This document shows positions 21,557-30,663 of a stretch of 64,000 bases of DNA, in pieces. The stretch covers positions 32,001 to 96,000 of IMG/VR virus record IMGVR_UViG_3300020159_002019; one strand, 5' to 3'. Position 1 is the stretch's first letter, and every line of letters begins with the position of its first letter. Source of the DNA: a virus. The notes below the pieces were generated by a model. That model did not search any database and was not told where the DNA came from. It saw only the letters and a program-made list of their open reading frames with translations. The translations under genes were made by a program, and so were the position numbers.

Positions 21557-23097
21557 TGGCTAATACCGGACAAGCAGATAAAAAACTTATACTTGATAGA
21601 GTTCAAAACTTTTTAATTACAATTGAGCAATTAAAAAAAGAAAAGCTCGTATTACAATTAACAAATTATTCATTACCTTCATTAAGAATACCTAAAGACG
21701 ATCCATTTGATTTTCTTATGGATTTACTTGGAACAATGAAAGGTAAGAAACAAGCTGTTCAAGAAGTTCTAAATTCAGTATTGGGTAGTATAGATTCAAT
21801 CAATATTAAACTTAAAGAAGGTTTAAAAAAAGTAATTCTTAAATCTTTCTTTTGTAATAATGACTTTGTTGTAAAACCAGAATATACAAATGGTTCAAAT
21901 GATATTGAATTCTCAATATCAAGCATAGATTATTTTTTCTTATTAAAAACTAGTCCATTAGATGATGTAAGTGGGGCTTATGAAATAAATAGTGGATTGA
22001 ATAGATTTATTTATGATACATTAAATGGTTCGGCAGGGACATCATCGTGGCAAGATTTACTAACTAATGTGAGTTTTAATCAATCAACACAAGTTTTAAG
22101 TTTTAGAATAAATCCTAAATATGCGAATCAACCTGTAAGTGTATTTGTAAATGATTATGTAGATTCACTTACTATTATTGATAATGAGTTCTTCAAATCT
22201 TTATTTAGTATCTCTCAAAAACCAAATAAAGAATTACAGAAAAGATTACAATTTTTAAATAAATTGATTAATGATGTAAGAAATGCTTGTGCTCCGACAT
22301 TGAATGATGTGGGTAAAAATAAGACAGAAAAAGAAGCTATATTAGTAGATTTATTAAATAATAAAGGGAAACCTTTAAGTCAAATATTAGCTGAAAGAAT
22401 TGCTAAATACAATGAATATGATACTTTAGCTGATGATTTTACAAATAAAATAAATCAAATTCTTTGTCAGCCCATACAAACACCAATAACAAACCAAACT
22501 GTATTGGATGCTTATAGTCAGATAAATGATGAAATAAACCAATTAAATAGTTTATTAAATGGCATTGATAGTGTATTAAATAATTCATATCAAAATAATG
22601 CTAATGGAACAGGTAATGGTATTGCAACTGGTGGGGATCCAATAACTGATAGCCCTTTTTCTTTACCTACATTAAATATAGATTTCAAGTTAGGTATAAT
22701 AGCTCAAATACCTAATAATATTGCTAGATTATTATTATCCCCAAAGGTAATAATGTTATTTGGTATTTTAACACAATTACAAAATTTACCATGGAATGAA
22801 GGATTTGAAAGTTTTTTACAAAAATTTACAAAATCTTTATTTGATATGATTAAAAGTATTATAACTGAAATATATGATAAGATATATAATTTAGTTGCTG
22901 ATAATATATGGTTGATAATACAAGGTTTAATATTACAAATTGTGGGTGAAAAAACAAAGGCTAGGTTAGCCATAATATTATCCCTAGTGGCCTTATTTGA
23001 TAAATTAAATGGTATTTTAAGTGATATTGATTTCGGTAATTGTAGGTCAATATTGGATGCCTTATTAAAACTAACATCACTATCCAGTCTATTATAA
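21556..23097 (+). CDS. hypothetical (probably structural) protein
   Basis: 513-aa ORF coupled to the previous gene; amphipathic helical C-terminus. Confidence 0.6.
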   Translation: MANTGQADKKLILDRVQNFLITIEQLKKEKLVLQLTNYSLPSLRIPKDDPFDFLMDLLGTMKGKKQAVQEVLNSVLGSIDSINIKLKEGLKKVILKSFFCNNDFVVKPEYTNGSNDIEFSISSIDYFFLLKTSPLDDVSGAYEINSGLNRFIYDTLNGSAGTSSWQDLLTNVSFNQSTQVLSFRINPKYANQPVSVFVNDYVDSLTIIDNEFFKSLFSISQKPNKELQKRLQFLNKLINDVRNACAPTLNDVGKNKTEKEAILVDLLNNKGKPLSQILAERIAKYNEYDTLADDFTNKINQILCQPIQTPITNQTVLDAYSQINDEINQLNSLLNGIDSVLNNSYQNNANGTGNGIATGGDPITDSPFSLPTLNIDFKLGIIAQIPNNIARLLLSPKVIMLFGILTQLQNLPWNEGFESFLQKFTKSLFDMIKSIITEIYDKIYNLVADNIWLIIQGLILQIVGEKTKARLAIILSLVALFDKLNGILSDIDFGNCRSILDALLKLTSLSSLL

Positions 23098-23139
23098 TAT
23101 AGATTTTCTTTTTACATTTTTTTTATTATCCTTGTATAT

Positions 23140-23424
23140 ATGGAAAACAAGGAATACGAACACGTAAATCACCCAAACCATTACAATACTTTTAGTAAAG
23201 AAGTTATTGATATGATGGTAGATATTTGGGGTGTTGAAAAAACAATTGCTTTTTGTGAGATGAATGCTTTTAAGTATAAAATGCGTATGGGTGATAAACC
23301 AAATCAACCGTTGGAACAAGATGCTAAGAAAGCTTCTTGGTATATTAATAAAGCAAAAGAACTAAAAAGTAAGTTAGATACTTATGGTGTAATAGAAACA
23401 ATCACGGAGGTAATATATAAATGA
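23140..23424 (+). CDS. DUF3310 family protein
   Basis: VNHPNHY..NAFKYKMR..K..QDAKKASWY pattern. Confidence 0.85.
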   Translation: MENKEYEHVNHPNHYNTFSKEVIDMMVDIWGVEKTIAFCEMNAFKYKMRMGDKPNQPLEQDAKKASWYINKAKELKSKLDTYGVIETITEVIYK

Positions 23425-24101
23425 TAGAATTCGCAAGAACAAATAAGGATGTTATTAAAACCGTATCGGATGAACAATCGGTTATTATTGATAGCATATT
23501 AAAACTTTATATTCCATCTAGACAAATAGATGTAGATCCGACATATTCTAAAGGTAATTTCTATAAGAAAACAATTATACCTGAACCAAAACATAAGTTT
23601 GATTTATACCCACAAACAGAAGATACAATTCAAGCATCTGCCGATAAACTACCATTACCTGATAATTCAGTAAATAGTATAATGTTCGATCCACCATTTG
23701 TTGTTGGGACTCCTAATACTTCTAAAGGTAAAGTGGGCTCAAATATAATATCAAGCAGGTTTGGTTCATTTAAAAATATTGAAGAGCTTTGGAAATTCTA
23801 TGAAGCATCAATTGGTGAATTTTCAAGAATAATAAACGATAATGGTGTTTTAATTGTAAAATGTCAGGATACTATTAGTTCATCAAAACAATACTTATCA
23901 CATATTGAAGTAATTAATTATGGTATAAGACACGGATTCTATTGTAAGGATTTGTTTATTCAAACAACTAAAAATAGGATATTATCAGGTAAGCATAAAG
24001 TTCAGATGCACGCAAGAAAATACCATTGTTATTGGGTTGTTTTCACTAAGGAAAAGAGTAAGGTAAAATATAATAATTTTTGGGATGAAGAACAAAAATG
24101 A
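23421..24101 (+). CDS. DNA (amino)methyltransferase
   Basis: DPTYSKGNF SAM-binding motif and FDPPF catalytic motif. Confidence 0.8.
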   Translation: MIEFARTNKDVIKTVSDEQSVIIDSILKLYIPSRQIDVDPTYSKGNFYKKTIIPEPKHKFDLYPQTEDTIQASADKLPLPDNSVNSIMFDPPFVVGTPNTSKGKVGSNIISSRFGSFKNIEELWKFYEASIGEFSRIINDNGVLIVKCQDTISSSKQYLSHIEVINYGIRHGFYCKDLFIQTTKNRILSGKHKVQMHARKYHCYWVVFTKEKSKVKYNNFWDEEQK

Positions 24102-24336
24102 GATGAATATAAATCATCTAATTAATTCGGTTAATTTTTACTTCACTTTAGATATTTCTAAATCAAAAGAATATTGGGTTGAATTAAAAAGTAGATTAGA
24201 AAAAATATCTTGGAATGAAGAATTAATTAAAATGTATAATAAACCATTTTATGATAAGTATATAAGTAGTGGTTTATTAAGTAAAAAATTTGAGTTTAAA
24301 AATGGTGTTCCTATTAGTTGGGAGGGAGAAATATGA
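24085..24336 (+). CDS. hypothetical protein
   Basis: Overlapping small ORF. Confidence 0.45.
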   Translation: MKNKNEMNINHLINSVNFYFTLDISKSKEYWVELKSRLEKISWNEELIKMYNKPFYDKYISSGLLSKKFEFKNGVPISWEGEI

Positions 24337-25184
24337 GTTTGGAAATAAATAAAATACATAAAGGATTAACGGAAGAGTTAATCAAACAAATGGATGATAA
24401 GTCAATTAATCTTATTGTCACGTCACCTGATTACGCTAACACAGTAAATTATGGTAAAAAAGTTAAATTATATAATGAGAATACTTTCGCTGATTGGTTT
24501 ATACCGGTTATCAAAGATTTTTACAATAAACTAACTGATGATGGTTCATTTATTATGAATATAAATGATAAGGTATCTAATGGTGAGAGAAGTATCTATG
24601 TTATGGATTTGGTTTGTCGTATTGTTAGAGAAACAGATTTCAAGTTATACGATAGATATATTTGGGGTAAGAAAGCCGCTTTACCGACAGGTGGTAATAA
24701 AAGATTAAATGATAGAATTGAATATATCTTTCATTTTGTAAAATCACCAAAAGATTTTTATTGTGATACAAACGCTATTAGAGAACCATATGCGGAAGCT
24801 TCCGTTAAACGATTTGACTATAAAGTAATGGCGAATGATGTTATTGATGAAAATGGTTTAACTGATAACACAAAAAAGAAAAAGGTGAATGTAAATCCTT
24901 TGGGTAAAGTTCCTGGTACATTATTTCAATTCAATACAGCTGCGACTGTAAGAGATGAAAGTTCAGGAAGGCATCCCGCACCATTTAACCCTGAATTACC
25001 TGAGTTTTTTGTTAAATGGCTAACAAAGGAAGGTGATTTAGTTTTAGATCCTTTTAATGGAGTTGCTTCAAGTGGAGTTGCGTCTTACAATAATAATAGA
25101 AACTATATTGGTTTTGATATGAATGAATTATATATTGATATCAGTAAAGAAAGATTGAATAAATTTAATAAATTAGAAGTATGA
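24333..25184 (+). CDS. DNA methyltransferase, N4-C/N6-A beta class
   Basis: TSPDY motif IV, HPAPF, VLDPFNGVAS motif I; start probably MSLEIN at 24333. Confidence 0.88.
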   Translation: MSLEINKIHKGLTEELIKQMDDKSINLIVTSPDYANTVNYGKKVKLYNENTFADWFIPVIKDFYNKLTDDGSFIMNINDKVSNGERSIYVMDLVCRIVRETDFKLYDRYIWGKKAALPTGGNKRLNDRIEYIFHFVKSPKDFYCDTNAIREPYAEASVKRFDYKVMANDVIDENGLTDNTKKKKVNVNPLGKVPGTLFQFNTAATVRDESSGRHPAPFNPELPEFFVKWLTKEGDLVLDPFNGVASSGVASYNNNRNYIGFDMNELYIDISKERLNKFNKLEV

Positions 25185-25441
25185 AAAAATTGTTTATTTG
25201 GACAAAATTTGGATGTCCAGACTGTATTGAAATGAAAGGTATGTTAGATAACGCTAATATTCCTTATGAGGCTTTGGAAAGTGAATTGTATCAAGGGTGG
25301 GATATTGCGGTTAGCGAAACTAAAAGTAATGGAGTACCGCAAGCTGAATTCGAATACCCTGATGGTAGTATTGTAAGGGTTTGGAACGCCGAAACATTGG
25401 ATGAGTTATTACAAAAAATAAAAGATGAATGGGAAAAATAA
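25181..25441 (+). CDS. glutaredoxin/NrdH-like
   Basis: CPDC and GVPQ motifs. Confidence 0.8.
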   Translation: MKKLFIWTKFGCPDCIEMKGMLDNANIPYEALESELYQGWDIAVSETKSNGVPQAEFEYPDGSIVRVWNAETLDELLQKIKDEWEK

Positions 25442-25522
25442 TCACTAATTTTAGTAGTAAATATTTTACTTTATTAAATTTTTAGTTATTTATATATTAT
25501 AATTCTTTGTTGGTTTTATAAT

Positions 25523-25564
25523 TAACCCACTTATCCGTAAAAAGATATAGTGGGTTATTTTTTT
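25523..25564 (+). terminator. intrinsic terminator
   Basis: TAACCCACT/AGTGGGTTA stem plus T tract. Confidence 0.65.
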
Positions 25565-25587
25565 TATATTTTCATCTATTTATATGT

Positions 25588-28182
25588 ATGAGTAAAATTT
25601 TAATCGAAGAAATCAATAGAAATAGAAAAGTGATGGGTATTCAACCCTTAACAGAATCACAAGAATTAGATTTAATATTAGAAGATATTAACAAAGAAGT
25701 ACTAAATGAAGGTTGGTGGGAAACAACTAAATATGCATTATCTAAATTAGGTAGATATAAAGCTAATGGTAAAATCTTGGGTAAAACACAAGAAACAGCT
25801 AAATCTGAAAGTAAGGTTAGGGATTTACTAATGAAAAAAGGTAATGAAATAATCCAACAATTAGATAAAGACATTCGTGGTATAGATCCTGAATTTCCAA
25901 ATAACAAATCAAGAGTATCATTTTTAAGGTGTGTGATATTGGTTTCACAAGCTTATGATTCTATTGTGGCGGCAACTAAATTACCTCCAACAGATCCTAA
26001 GTTTTTACCTATTGATGCCGCCAATCTTATTATTAATGATTTAAGGGAATACGTTAAAAAGTTTTTAGATACTGATTTAAGTGCGGCTTTTAGTATAATG
26101 GATAGTGAAATTATTGATGGTAATTTAATAACTGAAGATGAATTATTAGATGAGGCTGAACCAAGAAGCGCTAAATTATCACAAGCGGGTAAAACAGGTA
26201 AATTCGGCTCAACTAGAATGGATACACTTAAATCAAATAAATTACCTTTATTATTGGCTGGTTTAGGTGTTAGTTTAGGTGGTTTAAGTTGGTTAATGGA
26301 TTCAGTTTGGGGGCAAAGATTCATTGAAGTTCCAACAGAAGAAGAAAAAGTTAAATATTTAAAAAATACTATTGGGACAATACAACCAGGTCAAGGTTTA
26401 ACTCAATGGTTAAATATGTTTGAAGGTACTGGATTAAATCCAAATTCAACCCCACAACAATTTTTAGATGCCGTTACAAAAGTTGGTAATGGTGATTTAG
26501 ATAAAGGTATTGAGGCTTTAACAGAACAAGGTGGTATATTTAGAAACCCTGATGCGGCTAAACAAGTATTAGAACAAATTAAAAATAATCCTGATGGTTA
26601 TAAAAACTTAGGTGAAATGTTTAAAGGGACTTGGGCTGGAACAGGAAAATCTATTGGTGATACATTAGTAACGGTTCCAGGTGCTTCGGTTGTGGAAACA
26701 ATAGCAAAAAAAGTTGCTGTACCTGTATTAAAGAAAGTGTTAGTTAAAACTGCCGCTGGTTCAGCATCTCCAATTATAGGTGCTTTAGGTATTGGTTTGA
26801 TGGCGGCTGGTGCTCTTGTAAAGGGTATGAGAATTAAAGGACAGAAACAATCAAGAGCTAAAACATTAAATGACTTATATCAATCATTGGTAAATTTAGA
26901 ACCAACAGAAGAAAACCCATCATCAGGTATTATTGAAACAGCTGGTGAAGGTGACGCAACAGGTGGTGATCAATCTAAATTGGGCGGTGCGACAGGTGTA
27001 AATATTGAATGTGTAAAAAATTTAATTAAGGCAACGATTCAGTTAAATGAAATGATTAATAAAGGTGTGGTTAAAAATCCGACTAATAAAAATGCTGCTG
27101 GTAGTAAAGGTAATATTAAAGTAGGTCAAGAATATTTATATAATAATAAACCTGTTTTAGTTCTTAATTTAAAAAATCCTGTAAGTAAAGGTTCTGATAA
27201 GAAATGGTTAACAAAAGATGACATTATTGGTAAAGATACTTTAGGTAATAATATGGTTTCTGTTGTATTTAAAAACAAATTAAATGATTATAGTGATATG
27301 AACGCCAGTACGGCTGTCGATATTTCTAAATTAAAACCTATGACTGGTGGTAATAAACCACAACCAACACAACAAAAACAAGGTAGATTCCCTAATTCTA
27401 AGCCTTTAACTCAATCACAATTAAAATCTAGTATTGATTCAGTTGTTCATAATATACTTAGAGAGTTTATTGAATTACAAGAAGCGGGCGCTGCTTGGAA
27501 TACGGCAAATGCTGCTAACGTAACTCAAACAAACGCACCTAAAGGTGGAGCTTTACAAGCCGGAGAAACAGATGCTGTGAATGGTTGGAATAAAGTCGTA
27601 AATGCATTTAAACAAGCCAATGTATCTGCATTAGTTAAACCTATGGAATTATTGGTTAATACTTCAATTTCACAAGGTAAAGATACATTAAAGGCGGCTC
27701 AAGAGGATATGATGCAAATAGGTAATTTAATTATTCAGAATAGAGCAACTATTGGTAAAGTAATTCCATTTGAACAATTAGTAAAAGAAGCTGAAGACCC
27801 TAAAATAACTAGAAGTAGGAATGTTCAAGCAATAGCTAAATCGATATCATTAGTAAGTAGAATTATTATGGCGTATAAAGAAGATATTGGTTTAACAGGT
27901 GCTTATGGTAGTGCTAAAGCCCCTATGAATTTATTTATTCAAGCTTATGATTGTGTAGTTAAAGGTGGTGGTAAATCAGGGGGACAAACAACTCAAGGAG
28001 GGAATCAACCATCACAAGGGGGAAATAACCAAGCAAATCAAGTTGGGGGTAATCAACCTGAAGGAAATGAAGAGGGTGGGACTGAACAATCTGGAGGGGA
28101 AGAAACCTCAAATCAAAAACAAACCGGTGTTGGATTCGATACAAAAGTTAGTGGTTCTATTAGAGGTGATTACTTTAGATAA
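25588..28182 (+). CDS. large putative internal virion/ejected protein
   Basis: EEINRNRKVM N-terminal motif, multiple LxE sites, two hydrophobic Gly/Ala segments. Confidence 0.55.
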   Translation: MSKILIEEINRNRKVMGIQPLTESQELDLILEDINKEVLNEGWWETTKYALSKLGRYKANGKILGKTQETAKSESKVRDLLMKKGNEIIQQLDKDIRGIDPEFPNNKSRVSFLRCVILVSQAYDSIVAATKLPPTDPKFLPIDAANLIINDLREYVKKFLDTDLSAAFSIMDSEIIDGNLITEDELLDEAEPRSAKLSQAGKTGKFGSTRMDTLKSNKLPLLLAGLGVSLGGLSWLMDSVWGQRFIEVPTEEEKVKYLKNTIGTIQPGQGLTQWLNMFEGTGLNPNSTPQQFLDAVTKVGNGDLDKGIEALTEQGGIFRNPDAAKQVLEQIKNNPDGYKNLGEMFKGTWAGTGKSIGDTLVTVPGASVVETIAKKVAVPVLKKVLVKTAAGSASPIIGALGIGLMAAGALVKGMRIKGQKQSRAKTLNDLYQSLVNLEPTEENPSSGIIETAGEGDATGGDQSKLGGATGVNIECVKNLIKATIQLNEMINKGVVKNPTNKNAAGSKGNIKVGQEYLYNNKPVLVLNLKNPVSKGSDKKWLTKDDIIGKDTLGNNMVSVVFKNKLNDYSDMNASTAVDISKLKPMTGGNKPQPTQQKQGRFPNSKPLTQSQLKSSIDSVVHNILREFIELQEAGAAWNTANAANVTQTNAPKGGALQAGETDAVNGWNKVVNAFKQANVSALVKPMELLVNTSISQGKDTLKAAQEDMMQIGNLIIQNRATIGKVIPFEQLVKEAEDPKITRSRNVQAIAKSISLVSRIIMAYKEDIGLTGAYGSAKAPMNLFIQAYDCVVKGGGKSGGQTTQGGNQPSQGGNNQANQVGGNQPEGNEEGGTEQSGGEETSNQKQTGVGFDTKVSGSIRGDYFR

Positions 28183-28196
28183 AAAATATTAAATTT

Positions 28197-29012
28197 ATGA
28201 AAATTAAAATAACAGAAGAACAATATAATACCTTATTAAATGAAGGTTTTTTTGATAGATTAGGTGCTAAAATATCTGCCGGAACTAAACAAATTAAAGC
28301 TGTTGGGTCAAACATTAAAAATATCGTGACAGGTGATGGTAAAAGAACAAGTTATCAAGGGATAAAAAATTTAGGTGATGAAACTAAATTAAAAAGTATT
28401 GGATTATCAGTATATAATTTTATTGACAACTCAATAAAAAAAATTGTAGAAAATTACCCAAGTAGAAACGTGGATGTTTCTGAATATTTATATCTTTTAG
28501 CTGATTTTACAGATCAAAATACTAAGGTTTTAAACCTAAATACTAAATATATTAAAATACCTAAAGCTCAATACTATACAGGTAAAAATGGGGATAACCG
28601 AGAAAATCTTAAACTAAAAAATGAAGGGATATCAATAAATAAAAATATTGAAAATACGATAAAAGATTTGGAAAAATTATTTTCTTCTAGTGGTAGGAAT
28701 AATAATGATTTAATTGATTTAGCTTATAAATATATGTATTTCTTAAAAGAATTTTTAGGTGCAAATGAAAAAATGTTGAAATTAAATGAGAGTAGTTTAT
28801 CTAAAGATAGTAATTTATTTTTTAATAAAAAAACAAATCAAACACAACCAACTCAAGCGACGCCTAATCAACCACAACCAACTCAAGGGGTTCAAAATAA
28901 ACAAACACCTAATCAAACACAACCAACTCAAACTAATTATCCTGGTAGAACTGAAGAGTTGAGACAAAAAATGCAATCTAGATTAAACCCTAACCCTTAT
29001 TACGGTAAATAA
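28197..29012 (+). CDS. putative internal virion protein
   Basis: MKIKITEEQY..LLNEG N-terminus; Q/P/T-rich tail. Confidence 0.55.
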   Translation: MKIKITEEQYNTLLNEGFFDRLGAKISAGTKQIKAVGSNIKNIVTGDGKRTSYQGIKNLGDETKLKSIGLSVYNFIDNSIKKIVENYPSRNVDVSEYLYLLADFTDQNTKVLNLNTKYIKIPKAQYYTGKNGDNRENLKLKNEGISINKNIENTIKDLEKLFSSSGRNNNDLIDLAYKYMYFLKEFLGANEKMLKLNESSLSKDSNLFFNKKTNQTQPTQATPNQPQPTQGVQNKQTPNQTQPTQTNYPGRTEELRQKMQSRLNPNPYYGK

Positions 29013-29053
29013 GTAAATATTTACAAAAAGTAAAAGTTTCATATATATAGTGT

Positions 29054-29839
29054 ATGGAATTAGATATAAAGAATTTAGATCAGTTAAAAGCTATTGGTGC
29101 CGCTCAAGAGAGTAATGAACCATACGATGTTATACCCTTACCAAGCGAAGGGTTATTTTACACAAATAAAAAATCATCTGTTAAAGTATCATATTTAACC
29201 GCGGCTGATGAAAACATATTATTATCACCAAATCTACTTAAATCAGGTAAAGCTTTAGACGTTTTATTGGAAAGAAAGATAATGGATAAAGATATTAAGC
29301 ACAATGAATTATTACCTGGTGATAGGGATGCTATATATATTTTTTTAAGAACAAGTGGTTATGGTAATATATACCCTGTTAAATTGACTGATCCTAAAAC
29401 AGGTGACGAATTTGAATATGGGGTTGATTTAAGTGATATAAAATATAAAGAATTAGTTGAGCCTGATAGTAATAATGAATACACTATGAAATTACCCTTG
29501 TCAAAATCCACCATTAAATTTAGATTATTAACAACTAAAGATATTGAATCAATTGATGAGGAAATTGAAAAGAAAAAGAAAATGATGAAATTTTATGTTG
29601 ATGAAACATCAACAAAAAAATTAGAAAGAATGATAATGGAAATTGATGGTGATAGAGATAAAGGTAGAATTGCTCAATTTATATTAAATATGAGGATTGG
29701 TGATAGTTCCGCTATTAGAAAAGAATACAATAGGGTAGAACCTGGTTTAGATTTAGGCTTGGAGGTTGAGGCTCCAAGCGGAGAATTTTTTCGTACTTCA
29801 GTACCAATCAGCCTTTCTTTCTTCTGGCCTGATTTTTAA
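29054..29839 (+). CDS. T4 gp26-like baseplate hub/tail assembly chaperone
   Basis: PLPSEGLFY..LTAADENIL..FFWP pattern; upstream of the tape-measure gene. Confidence 0.7.
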   Translation: MELDIKNLDQLKAIGAAQESNEPYDVIPLPSEGLFYTNKKSSVKVSYLTAADENILLSPNLLKSGKALDVLLERKIMDKDIKHNELLPGDRDAIYIFLRTSGYGNIYPVKLTDPKTGDEFEYGVDLSDIKYKELVEPDSNNEYTMKLPLSKSTIKFRLLTTKDIESIDEEIEKKKKMMKFYVDETSTKKLERMIMEIDGDRDKGRIAQFILNMRIGDSSAIRKEYNRVEPGLDLGLEVEAPSGEFFRTSVPISLSFFWPDF

Positions 29840-29993
29840 TACTGAAGAAAACCTATACGATGAATTTGATTTTTTATCACATCATAGGAATATAACTTGG
29901 AATGATTTTTTATCTATGCCTGTTAAAACAAAAAGATATTTAATTGGTAGGGTTATAAAACAATTTGAAGAAATGGAAAACCGCAATAAATAA
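29835..29993 (+). CDS. chaperone C-terminal extension, probably reached by +1 frameshift
   Basis: Frame has no suitable ATG start; GAT TTT TAA T junction. Confidence 0.55.
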   Translation, partial: FNTEENLYDEFDFLSHHRNITWNDFLSMPVKTKRYLIGRVIKQFEEMENRNK

Positions 29994-30026
29994 TTGTGGT
30001 TTTTTTATTTAGACATATTTATATAT

Positions 30027-30650
30027 ATGAAACTTATAGATTTATTTAATGAAATATTAAAAGAAGCTGATGATTTTAAAATTACTAGAGATGGTGGTGG
30101 TAGAGTTGCTTCTAAAATTGCTAATGTTGGTAAACAACTAACACCAGGATTTATCAGATCACCTAAAGAATATAAAGGTATTGGTGGCGCTAGATTAGCT
30201 AATAAAAATGTTGAAAAAGCTGCGGATAAAATAGGTTTTAATATCCCTAGATCAAGACAAACTCGTGATGATGTTGAGGGTGAAGATAAAACTAATAAAA
30301 TAACAATATCTTTTACTACGAGAGATAATTACACAGGATTCCAATATCTTAAAGTTAGTGTGGATGATTACCAAAGAATAAAAGAAATTTTTACTAAAGG
30401 TAATGTTAAAATGAAAACAACGACAGGTTATCCGGATTTATTTTCTGTTGATTTTAATCCAACAGGTAATAAATATTTAGTTAAATTTAATGATATTATA
30501 TATAATAAAAAATCACCAAGTTCAGGTGTTATATACACACCTAATACTTATGATATGACATACTTAACAGCTTTGGATATAAATGATCTTGTAGATAAAA
30601 ACAAATACAAGAAGTATCAATTTAGATTAAATGTAATTAACAAACCTTAA
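30027..30650 (+). CDS. hypothetical virion-type protein
   Basis: ATG at 30027 follows TATTTATA; MKLIDLFNEILKEA N-terminus. Confidence 0.6.
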   Translation: MKLIDLFNEILKEADDFKITRDGGGRVASKIANVGKQLTPGFIRSPKEYKGIGGARLANKNVEKAADKIGFNIPRSRQTRDDVEGEDKTNKITISFTTRDNYTGFQYLKVSVDDYQRIKEIFTKGNVKMKTTTGYPDLFSVDFNPTGNKYLVKFNDIIYNKKSPSSGVIYTPNTYDMTYLTALDINDLVDKNKYKKYQFRLNVINKP

Positions 30651-30663
30651 TACTTAAATAGTT

